From positions 1 to 40,433 of the IMG/VR virus record IMGVR_UViG_3300040801_001252: a DNA stretch of 40,433 nucleotides, one strand, 5' to 3'. Position numbers and translations under genes: made by a program. The stretch's first letter is position 1. Each line of letters starts with the position of its first letter. The notes beneath the pieces are model-generated. The model was not told the origin of the DNA and ran no database searches. It worked only from the letters and a program-made list of their open reading frames with translations. The stretch comes from a virus. Shown here piece after piece: positions 32,173 through 40,433 of the stretch.

Positions 32173-32582
32173 TGGCAATCAATTTCCGCTCTGTAGCGCG
32201 GCGGCGCATTTACTCGACGCTCAACGGTAGCGTGCCCGGGGCTACGGTCTACGATCACGTGCCGTTTGAGCCCGAGGGCTCGCCCGATGATAACTTTCCG
32301 TTCGTGACGATCGGCGACGCCGAGGCGACCCCGTTCGACAACGACAGCCATAGGGGGGCCTACGTGGACGCGACCATTCACGTATGGAGCCGCTACAAAG
32401 GGCGCAAAGAGGTAGACGAGATCCTAGACGCGGTCTACGGGCTCCTACATAGAGCCTCGCTATCCTCGGCGGGGTACAAGTTCGTCGATTGCCTGTTCGA
32501 GTTTTCCGACGTGATAGTCGAGCAAGATGGTCAGACACGGCACGGCGTGATAAGGTTCCGGCTAACGATACAGGAGGCTTGA
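32172..32582 (+). CDS. Tail terminator/completion protein (DUF3168-like)
   Basis: Position and size (136 aa), plus VYDHVP...PFVTIGD...IHVWS, are typical of DUF3168. Confidence 0.6.
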   Translation: MAINFRSVARRRIYSTLNGSVPGATVYDHVPFEPEGSPDDNFPFVTIGDAEATPFDNDSHRGAYVDATIHVWSRYKGRKEVDEILDAVYGLLHRASLSSAGYKFVDCLFEFSDVIVEQDGQTRHGVIRFRLTIQEA

Positions 32583-32583
32583 A

Positions 32584-32997
32584 ATGGCTGGCTTTAATGG
32601 ACGCGAACTCACGGTCGATTGGGACGCTACGACCCTCGTCGGCATTCGAACCCGGGGTCTTTCGATCTCGGCCGAGCCGGTTGACGTGACAACCGACGAC
32701 GACACGGGCGAGCGCACGCTTTTGCCAGACCCGGGCGTGCGCAGCGCCGAGATCAGCGTTGCGGGGATCTCCTCGGACGAGGTGCTTATCGCCGAGATCC
32801 TCTCGGGGATTACGGGGCGCACTCTCACCGGCGCCACGGTCAACCTGCCCTCTGATCTTGCGGTGCCCGGAACGGTTGCGTTCGACGCATTCGTGTCGGC
32901 GTTGGAGATCACTGGCGAACACGACGGCGCGGTCGAGTTCACGGCTACGCTTATGAGCGCAGGCGCGATCACCTACACCGCCTCGGCGGCGACGTAA
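32584..32997 (+). CDS. Major tail protein (TP901-1/GTA-like)
   Basis: 137 aa directly upstream of the chaperone pair. FNGRELTVDWDATTLVGIRTRGLSISAEPVDVT resembles GTA-type major tail proteins. Confidence 0.75.
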   Translation: MAGFNGRELTVDWDATTLVGIRTRGLSISAEPVDVTTDDDTGERTLLPDPGVRSAEISVAGISSDEVLIAEILSGITGRTLTGATVNLPSDLAVPGTVAFDAFVSALEITGEHDGAVEFTATLMSAGAITYTASAAT

Positions 32998-33023
32998 CCC
33001 TACCCAACGAGGAGAGAGCACTC

Positions 33024-33446
33024 ATGCGGGAAATGACGTTCGACCATAATGGCGAAACCTACACGCTCGCGGCGACCTTCGCCGCGAGCATCGAGATCGC
33101 CGACAAAGTAGACGACCCTCTTATGATCGCCCGGGAAGCGGCGCTAGAAGCTGCCATGATGCAGGCACGCATGCCGTATCGGCCGAAATTCGACTTCACC
33201 ACGCGAAACGTCCCACAGATCATTCACATCGGCCTCAAGGCCGCCGGATCTAAGGCCACGCTCGCCGAGGTGCAGGAGATCGTATTCGATAAGGGCCTCG
33301 TGCACTCGCGCTTGATCGCCGCCGACTATATCGCCCTGATCGTCGAGCCCAAGCCGCGCAAACCCGAGGTCGAGCCCGAGGACGAGATCAGCGATCAGGA
33401 AGCGGCGGGAAACGCGCAGGCCTCCAAGGCTGGCGCGGTCGCGTAG
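33024..33446 (+). CDS. Tail assembly chaperone (G-like, GTA-family)
   Basis: 140 aa between the major tail and tape measure genes. Contains the slippery site near its 3' end. Confidence 0.7.
   Translation: MREMTFDHNGETYTLAATFAASIEIADKVDDPLMIAREAALEAAMMQARMPYRPKFDFTTRNVPQIIHIGLKAAGSKATLAEVQEIVFDKGLVHSRLIAADYIALIVEPKPRKPEVEPEDEISDQEAAGNAQASKAGAVA
33407..33413 (+). promoter_or_regulatory. -1 programmed frameshift heptamer G GGA AAC
   Basis: GGGAAAC is in X XXY YYZ phase with the 33024 frame (codons GGA 33408-33410, AAC 33411-33413). The -1 frame is open from 33293 to TAA at 33677-33679. Confidence 0.6.
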
Positions 33447-33679
33447 AGAAACTCTACGGGATCGCCCGGCTTTGGGGGGTTCAACCGTCGGAGTTCTGGC
33501 GCATGTCGCCGTGGGAGTTCTGGATCGAGTTCGACACGCGGGCGGATCAACACCGCCGATCGCAACGCACCGATATCGGCGGTAAGTCGGTGCCGGTGAG
33601 CGCCTTAGAGGAGGCCCGGGCAAAAGCTCGGGCTCTCCATAAGGCCAAGAAGGAAAAGAAGGCACAGGAGGCCGCCTAA
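33413..33679 (+). CDS. T-like extension of the chaperone, reached by -1 frameshift (GT fusion)
   Basis: The -1 frame has no start codon context but encodes ...LYGIARLWGVQPSEFWRMSPWEFWIEF..., the conserved motif of the second (frameshifted) tail chaperone in GTA-like tails. It ends 1 nt before the tape measure GTG. Confidence 0.6.
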   Translation, partial: RAGLQGWRGRVEKLYGIARLWGVQPSEFWRMSPWEFWIEFDTRADQHRRSQRTDIGGKSVPVSALEEARAKARALHKAKKEKKAQEAA

Positions 33680-35443
33680 GTGACACGTCTCGCCGCCCTT
33701 CACGCTCGCATCACCGGCGACAGTTCCGGGTTCGTTACGGCCGCGCAACAGGCCGAGAACGCGGCACAGGACGCCTCGGCGGCAATGGGGGCGGCGCAGT
33801 CGCGCGGCGGCACTGTCGGCTTGGCCGGCGCCGCTGCGAGCGCCCGGGGCGCCCTCGGCAAGCTGACCTCGTCGCCGGGGATGCGCATGCTCCCGGTGCA
33901 GTTGTCACAGGTTGCGCAGCAAGCGGCGGCCGGAACCGGGGTCATGCGGGCCCTGACAATCCAAGCGGCCGATATCGGTCTCGCCTTTGGCACGGTGGGC
34001 GCGATCGTCGGTACTTTGGCGACCGTCGCTATGCCTACGATCATCGCGGCCTTTTCGAACGCCGACGAGGGTGCTCAGGACTACACCGAGAGCCTTGAGA
34101 TCCTGAGCGAGGCGCAAACCCGGCTGCAAGGCACGCTCGACATTCTCAGCTTGAGCGTTGACGAGTTGATCGAAAAGTACGGCAACGCGGCGGCGGCCGT
34201 ACGCGAGTGGGCGATCGAGCTTGCAGAGATCCAATATCAGCAGGCCTTGAACGACCTAAACGAGTTCGCGGTCGCGATCGAGGACGTAGGGCAGAGCTTC
34301 ATAAACGCTTCGCGCCAGACGGGCCAAGGTGCCCGGGGGTTCCGACAGTGGCGCAACGAGCTTGGCTTAACCGAGGATCAAGCCTACCGCGTCGTTGACG
34401 CCGTGCAAGCCCTGCAAGACGCCGAGGGGATCGACGCGCAGATCGCCGCATCCCAAGAACTCAGCCGGGTTATGGAGGAGGTCGGGATCGAGGCCGACGA
34501 TCTCGACGACAGCCTCCTCGACATTCAAGCCGCGCTCTTGCAAGCCGGGATCGCCGGTGCAGAGTTGGAGCGGGTCATGGCCGCCGTGCGCGATCGTGCG
34601 GCCGAGGCGGCACAGAACGCGGCCAATATTTCCGCCGCCGCCGGCATGACGTTTGCATCTGGCGACCTGAGCGGCTTTAGCCCTAACGAGCTTCTACCGC
34701 CGATAGCGGGGCCGTCGGACGACGACGAGCGGCGGCGCGGCGGCGGCGGGGGCCGGGCGCGCCCCGAGGATCAGTTCGAGCGTGACCTCGAAACGCTGCG
34801 CGAACAGTTGGAGGCCGAGCTAGCAACCGAGAAAGAGGTGCACGATCAGCGCCTCGAAATGCTGCGCGAGGCCCTAGAGCGCGAACTCCTGACACAAGAG
34901 GAGTACCATAGCCTCATGGAGGCCGAGCGCGAGCGGTTCCACGGCAATTTGCAAGGCATGGACGCTTACCGCTACGGTACGAACGTGCAGAAGGCGCAAC
35001 AGTTCATGGGTGACATGGCGCAAGCCTTTGCCACGGGCAACGAGGAGATGATGCGGATCTCCAAGGTGTTCGGCGCGGCCGAGGCGCTTATCAACGCATG
35101 GCGCACCTACTCTCAGGTCATGTCGGATCCCACGCTCCCGTGGTTCGCCAAGCTCCCGGCGGCGATCTCGCTTTTCGGCTCGGCCGTGCAAGCCGTGTCG
35201 GCGATCCAAGGGGCAGGCAAAGGCGGCAGCGGCCGCCGCACAGCATCGGGTGGGGCCGCCGGTGCGGCCGGTGCCGGGTCAATTCCGGCCGCCGAGAGTG
35301 GCGGCGCGATGCGGCCGGCGGTCTCCTTGACGTTGATCGGGGAACAAGGGTTTACTCGCGCGCAGATCGTACAGATCGCCGAGGCACTCAACGACAGTGG
35401 CGACGAGGGGCAAGAGCTTGTGCAGATCAGAGGGCGACGGTAA
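33680..35443 (+). CDS. Tape measure protein
   Basis: 587 aa, Ala/Gly-rich and helical, in the canonical position. GTG start with AGGAGG upstream. Confidence 0.85.
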   Translation: MTRLAALHARITGDSSGFVTAAQQAENAAQDASAAMGAAQSRGGTVGLAGAAASARGALGKLTSSPGMRMLPVQLSQVAQQAAAGTGVMRALTIQAADIGLAFGTVGAIVGTLATVAMPTIIAAFSNADEGAQDYTESLEILSEAQTRLQGTLDILSLSVDELIEKYGNAAAAVREWAIELAEIQYQQALNDLNEFAVAIEDVGQSFINASRQTGQGARGFRQWRNELGLTEDQAYRVVDAVQALQDAEGIDAQIAASQELSRVMEEVGIEADDLDDSLLDIQAALLQAGIAGAELERVMAAVRDRAAEAAQNAANISAAAGMTFASGDLSGFSPNELLPPIAGPSDDDERRRGGGGGRARPEDQFERDLETLREQLEAELATEKEVHDQRLEMLREALERELLTQEEYHSLMEAERERFHGNLQGMDAYRYGTNVQKAQQFMGDMAQAFATGNEEMMRISKVFGAAEALINAWRTYSQVMSDPTLPWFAKLPAAISLFGSAVQAVSAIQGAGKGGSGRRTASGGAAGAAGAGSIPAAESGGAMRPAVSLTLIGEQGFTRAQIVQIAEALNDSGDEGQELVQIRGRR

Positions 35444-36696
35444 TGGGTGTTGCGACCGAAAGCGGCTACACGTGGACGCAGGGAAAGCATGCTCGCCTTC
35501 TGCACGAGGGCAATCGCTTCCCGATCAAGACGATCACGGCCTCAGAGGATAGCGGATCGACGGCGGATCTCGTAGACAATGGTCTCACGCGCGACCGGTG
35601 GATCCCGTTCGCCAATGCGCTACAGTCGCCGGCCGATTTTGGCGCCACGGCCGATTGGACCGCAAGCGAGATAGCCGTCTCCTCGAACGGACAAACCCTC
35701 ACGGAAACCACGGCGAACGCTACGCACAGCGTGCAACAGGATTTCACGTTTACGGCGGTGGAGCATGTCGTTGCGTTTCAGGTAGAGCGGCAGACCATGC
35801 CAGAGGTCCAAGTGTATGCCTTCGACGGCACTACCTTGGCGACCTGCTATTTCGACCTCAGAGACGGAACGCTCGGAACCGCGACAAACTGCACCGGGCA
35901 GATCGTAGACCTCGGCGACGGAAAATACCTACTGTCGATCTATTTCACGGCCGCCGCCGGTTCGGGCAACGTGGGCCTTGCGGCTTCTAACGGGTCGGAG
36001 ACGGTCACTTTCGCCGGGTCTACCGATAGCACTGTGAAGGTGTTGCGGGCCTATACTCACGTGAGCGCCGCAACGCTGCGGCTTGACACGTTCACGCCGC
36101 AAGGCGGAACCTGTATCGCGATCGGGGCCCACACGCTCGGCTTAACAGGCGCCCGGGTCACGTTCGAGCACGACAGCAACGGCGACGACGTGTGGACCTC
36201 GATCGGCACGGTCACGCCGACCGATAACAGCCCGATCATGTTTTTCTTCGACGAGATTACCTCGGATCGGTGGCGCATCACGATCGACCGGGGGGTATTG
36301 CCCGAGATCGGTGTCGTGCGGATCGGCGATCCGCTCGTGTTCGAACGGCCGTTCTACTCGGGGTTCACCCCGGCACGCATGAACCGGGCGACCGATGTGA
36401 TCGGCAACATGAGCCGCACCGGGGAGCTTATCGGCCGCTCGATCAAGCGCACGATCCTGATCGAGGACTACCAGTGGCAGAACCTCACCTACGCTTGGGT
36501 GCGGGCCAACCTCGACGGGCCGAACGGCGTGATCCAATCTCTAGAGATCAAGCCCGCGTTCATGGCGTGGCGCCCTGAGGTTGTCACCGGCGACGTGAGT
36601 TACATCATGCGCGGTACGGCCGGCGCGCCCTCACCGATGGGCATGCGAAACCTGTGGACCTTCTCCATAAGCGCGGAGGTCTACAGCTATGAGTGA
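35443..36696 (+). CDS. Distal tail protein candidate with an inserted beta-sandwich (CBM-like) domain
   Basis: ATG at 35443 (TAATG overlap with the TMP gene). 417 aa in the first position after the TMP gene. Confidence 0.6.
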   Translation: MGVATESGYTWTQGKHARLLHEGNRFPIKTITASEDSGSTADLVDNGLTRDRWIPFANALQSPADFGATADWTASEIAVSSNGQTLTETTANATHSVQQDFTFTAVEHVVAFQVERQTMPEVQVYAFDGTTLATCYFDLRDGTLGTATNCTGQIVDLGDGKYLLSIYFTAAAGSGNVGLAASNGSETVTFAGSTDSTVKVLRAYTHVSAATLRLDTFTPQGGTCIAIGAHTLGLTGARVTFEHDSNGDDVWTSIGTVTPTDNSPIMFFFDEITSDRWRITIDRGVLPEIGVVRIGDPLVFERPFYSGFTPARMNRATDVIGNMSRTGELIGRSIKRTILIEDYQWQNLTYAWVRANLDGPNGVIQSLEIKPAFMAWRPEVVTGDVSYIMRGTAGAPSPMGMRNLWTFSISAEVYSYE

Positions 36697-38980
36697 TGAA
36701 ACCAAGCTCGGCCGGGAGCCGATCCAGATCGTCGAGGTTATCACGCCGAAATGTGTCAACGTGCACGGCTCGGCGCCCTGCACCGCTACGCAAACCGGGG
36801 ATCGCAAGTGTTTCAACACGCGGGCGACGTGCAACGACGTGGACAACTATCAGGCTCGGCCGTTCTCGCACCTCGACGCGGATTTGTTGCTCGACAGAGG
36901 GGCCTCGATCGCCTCGGGCGATCTCACTCGAACCGGTGATATCGTGGCGGTTGTGACCGTGTTTTTCCCGGCAACACCGACCGGAACGATCTGGACGCAA
37001 GGCGGATCGACAGAGGCCGTGTACCTTGGGATCACCGCGAGCGAGCTTGTGTTCCGCGCGGGCGATAGTTCGGGCGCAGGAACGGGCGCACAGGTGCGAA
37101 CCGCCGTTTCGGGTTTCGCAGGCCGCACGGTGACGTTGATCGCCTCGATCGACATAACCGGAGGGCGTATCGCGCTGCACGAGTTCGACCCGGTCGAGCT
37201 TGTCCTTAGCAAGATCGGCGAGGATACGCTCGCCGCGTCGAATTGGGCCGACACGGGCGACGGTGCGATCGGAGAGGACGCCTCGGCGGTCGTAACGGGC
37301 GAGGACGGCGGCACCTTCAACGGGATCCTGACAACGAGCGTGGCCTTTTTCGAGGGCCAGACCGACGCGGTACTCAACGAGGAGCCCGACGCCTATCGGC
37401 AACGGTATTTCTTCGACGACGGGCGCAAAGCGGGGCCTTCTGATAGCATCTACATTCTGCCCCTTCTGCGGAGTGTGCGGACGGTTGGAACTCGGCTTAA
37501 CCTGACCGGATCAGACGGCCGCTATGAGCCCCTTGGGCGGCGTGCTTTCGCCGATCTCCAGTTCGCCGACGCGCTGCATTCCGATTTCCCGTTTGATCCC
37601 TACCGCACCGATCGCAGCTATGACCCGCTAACGAAATCGACGTTTTGGGCCAAGTGGCTACGTCGAAACAAGTTCGGCAAGACCCGCGCGATCGTGCGGC
37701 TCTATCACGGCTACAACGGGCAGGCCCTCGCCGATATGCGGCGACAGACCTATATCCTCGATGCGGTCGATTGGTCGCGCGAGGCGGCGAGCGTGCGGTG
37801 CCGCGACTTTCTCTCCGCGACCGAGTTTCGACGGGCACAGGTTCCGGCGGCGTCGCCGGGCAAACTGGCGGCCGATATCCTCGACACTGACACCTCGTTC
37901 GTTATGCCGGGAGATCAGACCGGTGTTTACCCCGCGAGCGGAACCTTGCGGATCGACGACGAGCTTATGACCTACACCGGCATAAGCTACGACAGCGGGG
38001 CCGACGAGACGACGATCACCGGTTTGACCCGAGGCACCGACGGCTCTGCGGCCGATGGACACGACGTTGACGAGGGCGTGCAGTTGTGCCGTCGCTACAC
38101 CGCCGCCCGGATCGACGACGTGCTGCAAGAGTTTCTCGTGTCGGACGCGAAAATTCCCGCGCAGGTTATCGACCTAGCCCGGTTGACAAGCGAGTACGAC
38201 GAGAGCCTCGACGCCTACACGCTAACGACGCTCTTGTCGGAACCTACTGGGGTCGATCAGTTGATCGGCGAGATCGCCGAGCAATGTTCCTTCTACGTGT
38301 GGTGGGACGAGCGCGAGCAAATCGTGCAGTTCCAAGCTATTAAGCCGCTTTCGAGTGTCAGTAAGACTTTCTTGCAGGGGGCCGATATCATCGGCGATAG
38401 TTTCCAGTTGGTAGAGCGACCCAAGGAACGGATAACGACGATCTCGCTCTACTATAACCCTCGTGACTTTGCCGGCGACCTCGACAAGCCGACCAATTTC
38501 AAGAACCAGTTGGTCGTTTCCAACTCGACGGCAAGCGGGCCAGACCAATACGGAAACCTGCCTCAGACGCGCGAGATCTTTTCGCGGTGGCTAACGACCG
38601 AGGCGCAGATGAACCAGACGGGAAGTCGGTATTCGCTTCGCTACGCCGAGGTGCCAGCCTATGTTAAGTTCCTCGCGGACGCCAAAGACCGCGCGACATG
38701 GGTCGGAGATTTCATTTCGATCTCGCACGATCTACTCGTCAACGCGCGCGGGGATCGCGAAGCTACGCGCCGGTGGCTCGTGATCGAGGCCGAGGAGGTC
38801 GAACCCGGGCATTCGCAAATGCTGCACGCCGTAGACGTGACACTCGACGGTTTGATCTTTACGATCACCGAGAACGGGATCGGGGTATACTCCGAGGAGT
38901 TGTTCGCGGCGGGTAATGCTTTCATAACCGACAATGCGGGGTTGAACCCCGACGGATCGACCGGCGCAACAATAGGATAA
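36689..38980 (+). CDS. Tail tip / host-specificity protein with a LamG-like insertion
   Basis: 763 aa, second gene after the TMP gene. The segment GDIVAVVTVFFPATPTGTIWTQGG...LVFRAGD...TLIASID looks like a concanavalin/LamG fold. Confidence 0.6.
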   Translation: MSDETKLGREPIQIVEVITPKCVNVHGSAPCTATQTGDRKCFNTRATCNDVDNYQARPFSHLDADLLLDRGASIASGDLTRTGDIVAVVTVFFPATPTGTIWTQGGSTEAVYLGITASELVFRAGDSSGAGTGAQVRTAVSGFAGRTVTLIASIDITGGRIALHEFDPVELVLSKIGEDTLAASNWADTGDGAIGEDASAVVTGEDGGTFNGILTTSVAFFEGQTDAVLNEEPDAYRQRYFFDDGRKAGPSDSIYILPLLRSVRTVGTRLNLTGSDGRYEPLGRRAFADLQFADALHSDFPFDPYRTDRSYDPLTKSTFWAKWLRRNKFGKTRAIVRLYHGYNGQALADMRRQTYILDAVDWSREAASVRCRDFLSATEFRRAQVPAASPGKLAADILDTDTSFVMPGDQTGVYPASGTLRIDDELMTYTGISYDSGADETTITGLTRGTDGSAADGHDVDEGVQLCRRYTAARIDDVLQEFLVSDAKIPAQVIDLARLTSEYDESLDAYTLTTLLSEPTGVDQLIGEIAEQCSFYVWWDEREQIVQFQAIKPLSSVSKTFLQGADIIGDSFQLVERPKERITTISLYYNPRDFAGDLDKPTNFKNQLVVSNSTASGPDQYGNLPQTREIFSRWLTTEAQMNQTGSRYSLRYAEVPAYVKFLADAKDRATWVGDFISISHDLLVNARGDREATRRWLVIEAEEVEPGHSQMLHAVDVTLDGLIFTITENGIGVYSEELFAAGNAFITDNAGLNPDGSTGATIG

Positions 38981-38992
38981 GGAGGCGACCAC

Positions 38993-39709
38993 ATGGCCGT
39001 GGCGTGGACGGATATCACAAACGCACAAGTTGCCGCCGGGGCACCGGTCTCGACGGCCCTTATGACCGGACTACGTGACAACCCCGAGGGTATCGCGCAG
39101 CGCGCTACGGGTGCGCCAAAGATTTTCGGCGTGCCTTACGACTATCAGGAGTTCACATCTAACGGCACTTGGGCAAAGCCGAGTGACGCGGAAAGCGGCG
39201 ACGTGGTTATCGTGCATGTCGTGGCTGGCGGGGAAAGCGGCAATGCGGGCGGCGGCGGTGGCGGCGGCATTCAAAGATTTGACGATATAGATGAGCTAGG
39301 CGCGACCGAGGCGGTAGTCGTTGGCGCTGGCGGCACTGGCACCTTGGGGAACGGCGGCAACAGTGCATTCGGGACTTTTGGCTCAAGCACTTATATTTTC
39401 GCACAAGGCGGCGGTGGCCCGGGTAGTCGCCAAGGCGGCTATGCATCCTATTACAGATCGACGACGGCGAATAGCGTTATGGATGGCGGCGATGCTTATG
39501 TGACCGGGGCAAGCAATACCAATTCAATAACGGGCGGCGGCGGCGGCGGGGTTTCCACCCTCTCGGGCGGACTTTCCATGTTAGCCGGTCGTGGCGGTGT
39601 TCCCGGCTTGGTCGATGGCCAGTTTCCGGGCGGCGGCGGCGGGCCTAGTGCGGGAGATTTGGGGGGCGCTGGCGTCGTACGTGTTTGGTGCATCAAGGAG
39701 CAGATGTGA
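38993..39709 (+). CDS. Glycine-rich tail fibre-like protein
   Basis: 238 aa. FTSNGTWAKPSDAESGDVVIVHVVAGGESGNAGGGGGGG is typical of glycine-rich phage fibre proteins. Confidence 0.6.
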   Translation: MAVAWTDITNAQVAAGAPVSTALMTGLRDNPEGIAQRATGAPKIFGVPYDYQEFTSNGTWAKPSDAESGDVVIVHVVAGGESGNAGGGGGGGIQRFDDIDELGATEAVVVGAGGTGTLGNGGNSAFGTFGSSTYIFAQGGGGPGSRQGGYASYYRSTTANSVMDGGDAYVTGASNTNSITGGGGGGVSTLSGGLSMLAGRGGVPGLVDGQFPGGGGGPSAGDLGGAGVVRVWCIKEQM

Positions 39710-40433
39710 TGAATAAGGGCATTCTGGTAGACACAGCGGGCTATTTCGTCGGTGCATATCGCTGGCCCGAGGATGAGCCCGCGCCTAATTTCAACGCGGT
39801 TGTTGCAGGCAACAACCCCTTGCCCGCGACGGCGCGGCTAATTCTTCTGACAAACCCCGAGGCGCTGGACGTAAAGAACACCAAAGGCCGGTGGCGCTTT
39901 GCCGAAAAGGTGTGGGAGTATCCGACAGAGGAACGGTGGGAGGTCACACAACGGCGCGACATTCCGGCGATCTGGAATTTGCGCGGCAAGCGGTTGATCT
40001 GGCCCGAGCGCCCGCCGCGCCTTCCCGAGGGAAGCAAGCTCATTGACGTTGCCCCGCCTCAGTGGCGCGCGGCCAAGCCCATTTGGGACGACGAGGCGGG
40101 CGAATGGAAACTGCCCCGGCGGGTTGCCTTGCTAGACGCGGATGGCCTCGTTACGAACTACGTTTCCGCCTACCGCGACGACGATCTACCAAGCGATGCG
40201 GTGAGCACTGTAGACTTGCCAGAGGACGGCCTAACCGGTGTCGCAGAAAACGGTGAGCAAGTGTCTTGCCGGTTTGGCGACCGAGTGACGCTCGACGCCA
40301 ACGGCGCGCCGCAAGTCGAGATCCGTAACCCGCCGCGTTACAAGCGAGTGCCCGTGCGGCTCCTTGAGCAAGTGCTGACCGATCGAAACCTCGCCCAAGC
40401 CTTTGCGCAGTTCGTTCAAGCCAAGGGATACAC
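39709..40433 (+). CDS. 5' part of wrap-around ORF (299 codons in total, ends at 292)
   Basis: ATG at 39709 overlaps the upstream TGA (ATGA). I translated the frame to the window end without meeting a stop (MNKGILVDTAGYFVGAYRWPEDEP...). Confidence 0.6.
   Translation, partial: MNKGILVDTAGYFVGAYRWPEDEPAPNFNAVVAGNNPLPATARLILLTNPEALDVKNTKGRWRFAEKVWEYPTEERWEVTQRRDIPAIWNLRGKRLIWPERPPRLPEGSKLIDVAPPQWRAAKPIWDDEAGEWKLPRRVALLDADGLVTNYVSAYRDDDLPSDAVSTVDLPEDGLTGVAENGEQVSCRFGDRVTLDANGAPQVEIRNPPRYKRVPVRLLEQVLTDRNLAQAFAQFVQAKGY
40317..40433. repeat. Terminal direct repeat, copy 2 (identical to 1-117)
   Basis: Same 117-nt string as 1-117. Confidence 0.95.

Noticed and set aside
33414-33436. Stimulatory hairpin downstream of the frameshift heptamer
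   Set aside because: Only two 4-bp helices with a bulge can be drawn, starting 1 nt after the slippery site. That is too weak and too close to call.
39220-39262. GGC-rich simple repeat; similar runs at 34730-34752, and GTC repeats at 14700-14716 and 17267-17284
   Set aside because: They encode poly-Gly, Arg/Gly and poly-Asp stretches in frame within plausible proteins. They are not independent repeat elements, although slippage-prone length variation is possible.
1-40433. Search for tRNA/tmRNA genes, integrase/excisionase, CI/Cro-type repressors, attP, DNA methyltransferases, and reverse transcriptase (DGR/retron)
   Set aside because: I found no cloverleaf-like GTTCGA-containing segment outside coding frames. 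No ORF shows tyrosine- or serine-recombinase, methyltransferase (DPPY / FxGxG) or RT (YxDD) motifs. Absence is by eye only and should be confirmed with tRNAscan-SE and profile searches.

Overview
The window is a complete phage genome. Bases 1-117 recur exactly at 40317-40433, so the unique sequence is 40,316 bp and closes on itself; one 299-codon ORF is intact only across that junction.

It is a high-GC dsDNA siphovirus-type phage: sampled 60-nt lines give about 60-65% G+C. The host is probably an alphaproteobacterium, judging by the GTA-like tail module, the GH108 endolysin and a GTA-type 3TM holin-like protein.

Two divergent arms start from a ~100-bp intergenic region at 17639-17737.
- The leftward arm (minus strand, 17638 down to 2719) encodes an acidic leader protein, an HNH endonuclease, a DUF2800-type nuclease, a DUF2815-type SSB, a family-A DNA polymerase, a wHTH protein, VRR-NUC and an SNF2 helicase. 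An accessory block follows (RHH protein, sulfotransferase-like protein and others), then about 15 small early genes. The arm ends at a good intrinsic terminator at 2621-2647.
- The rightward arm (plus strand, 17738 through the junction to 2617) encodes a RecD-like helicase, a low-GC PP-loop/PAPS-reductase-like gene and a primase-helicase. A repeat-rich AT-rich gap follows, then TerS/TerL, portal, a MuF-metallopeptidase fusion, prohead protease and an HK97-type capsid protein. Next come the head-tail joining genes, the major tail protein, the chaperone pair with a -1 frameshift, the tape measure, tail-tip and fibre genes, and the lysis cassette.

Most gene junctions are ATGA, GTGA or TAATG overlaps, which suggests translational coupling. 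I found no tRNA, rRNA, CRISPR array, integrase, repressor or methyltransferase, so the phage looks virulent. The PBSX-type terminase suggests headful packaging.

The items most worth follow-up are:
- a 39-bp inverted repeat at 7930-8037 flanking a lone opposite-strand gene
- the repeat/AT-rich region at 22294-22493
- three low-GC insertions (HNH, small membrane protein, PP-loop enzyme)
- a sulfotransferase-like early gene
- the MuF-HExxH fusion
- a 19-bp direct repeat bracketing a T12 tract

All domain calls are by-eye motif recognition; no searches were run.
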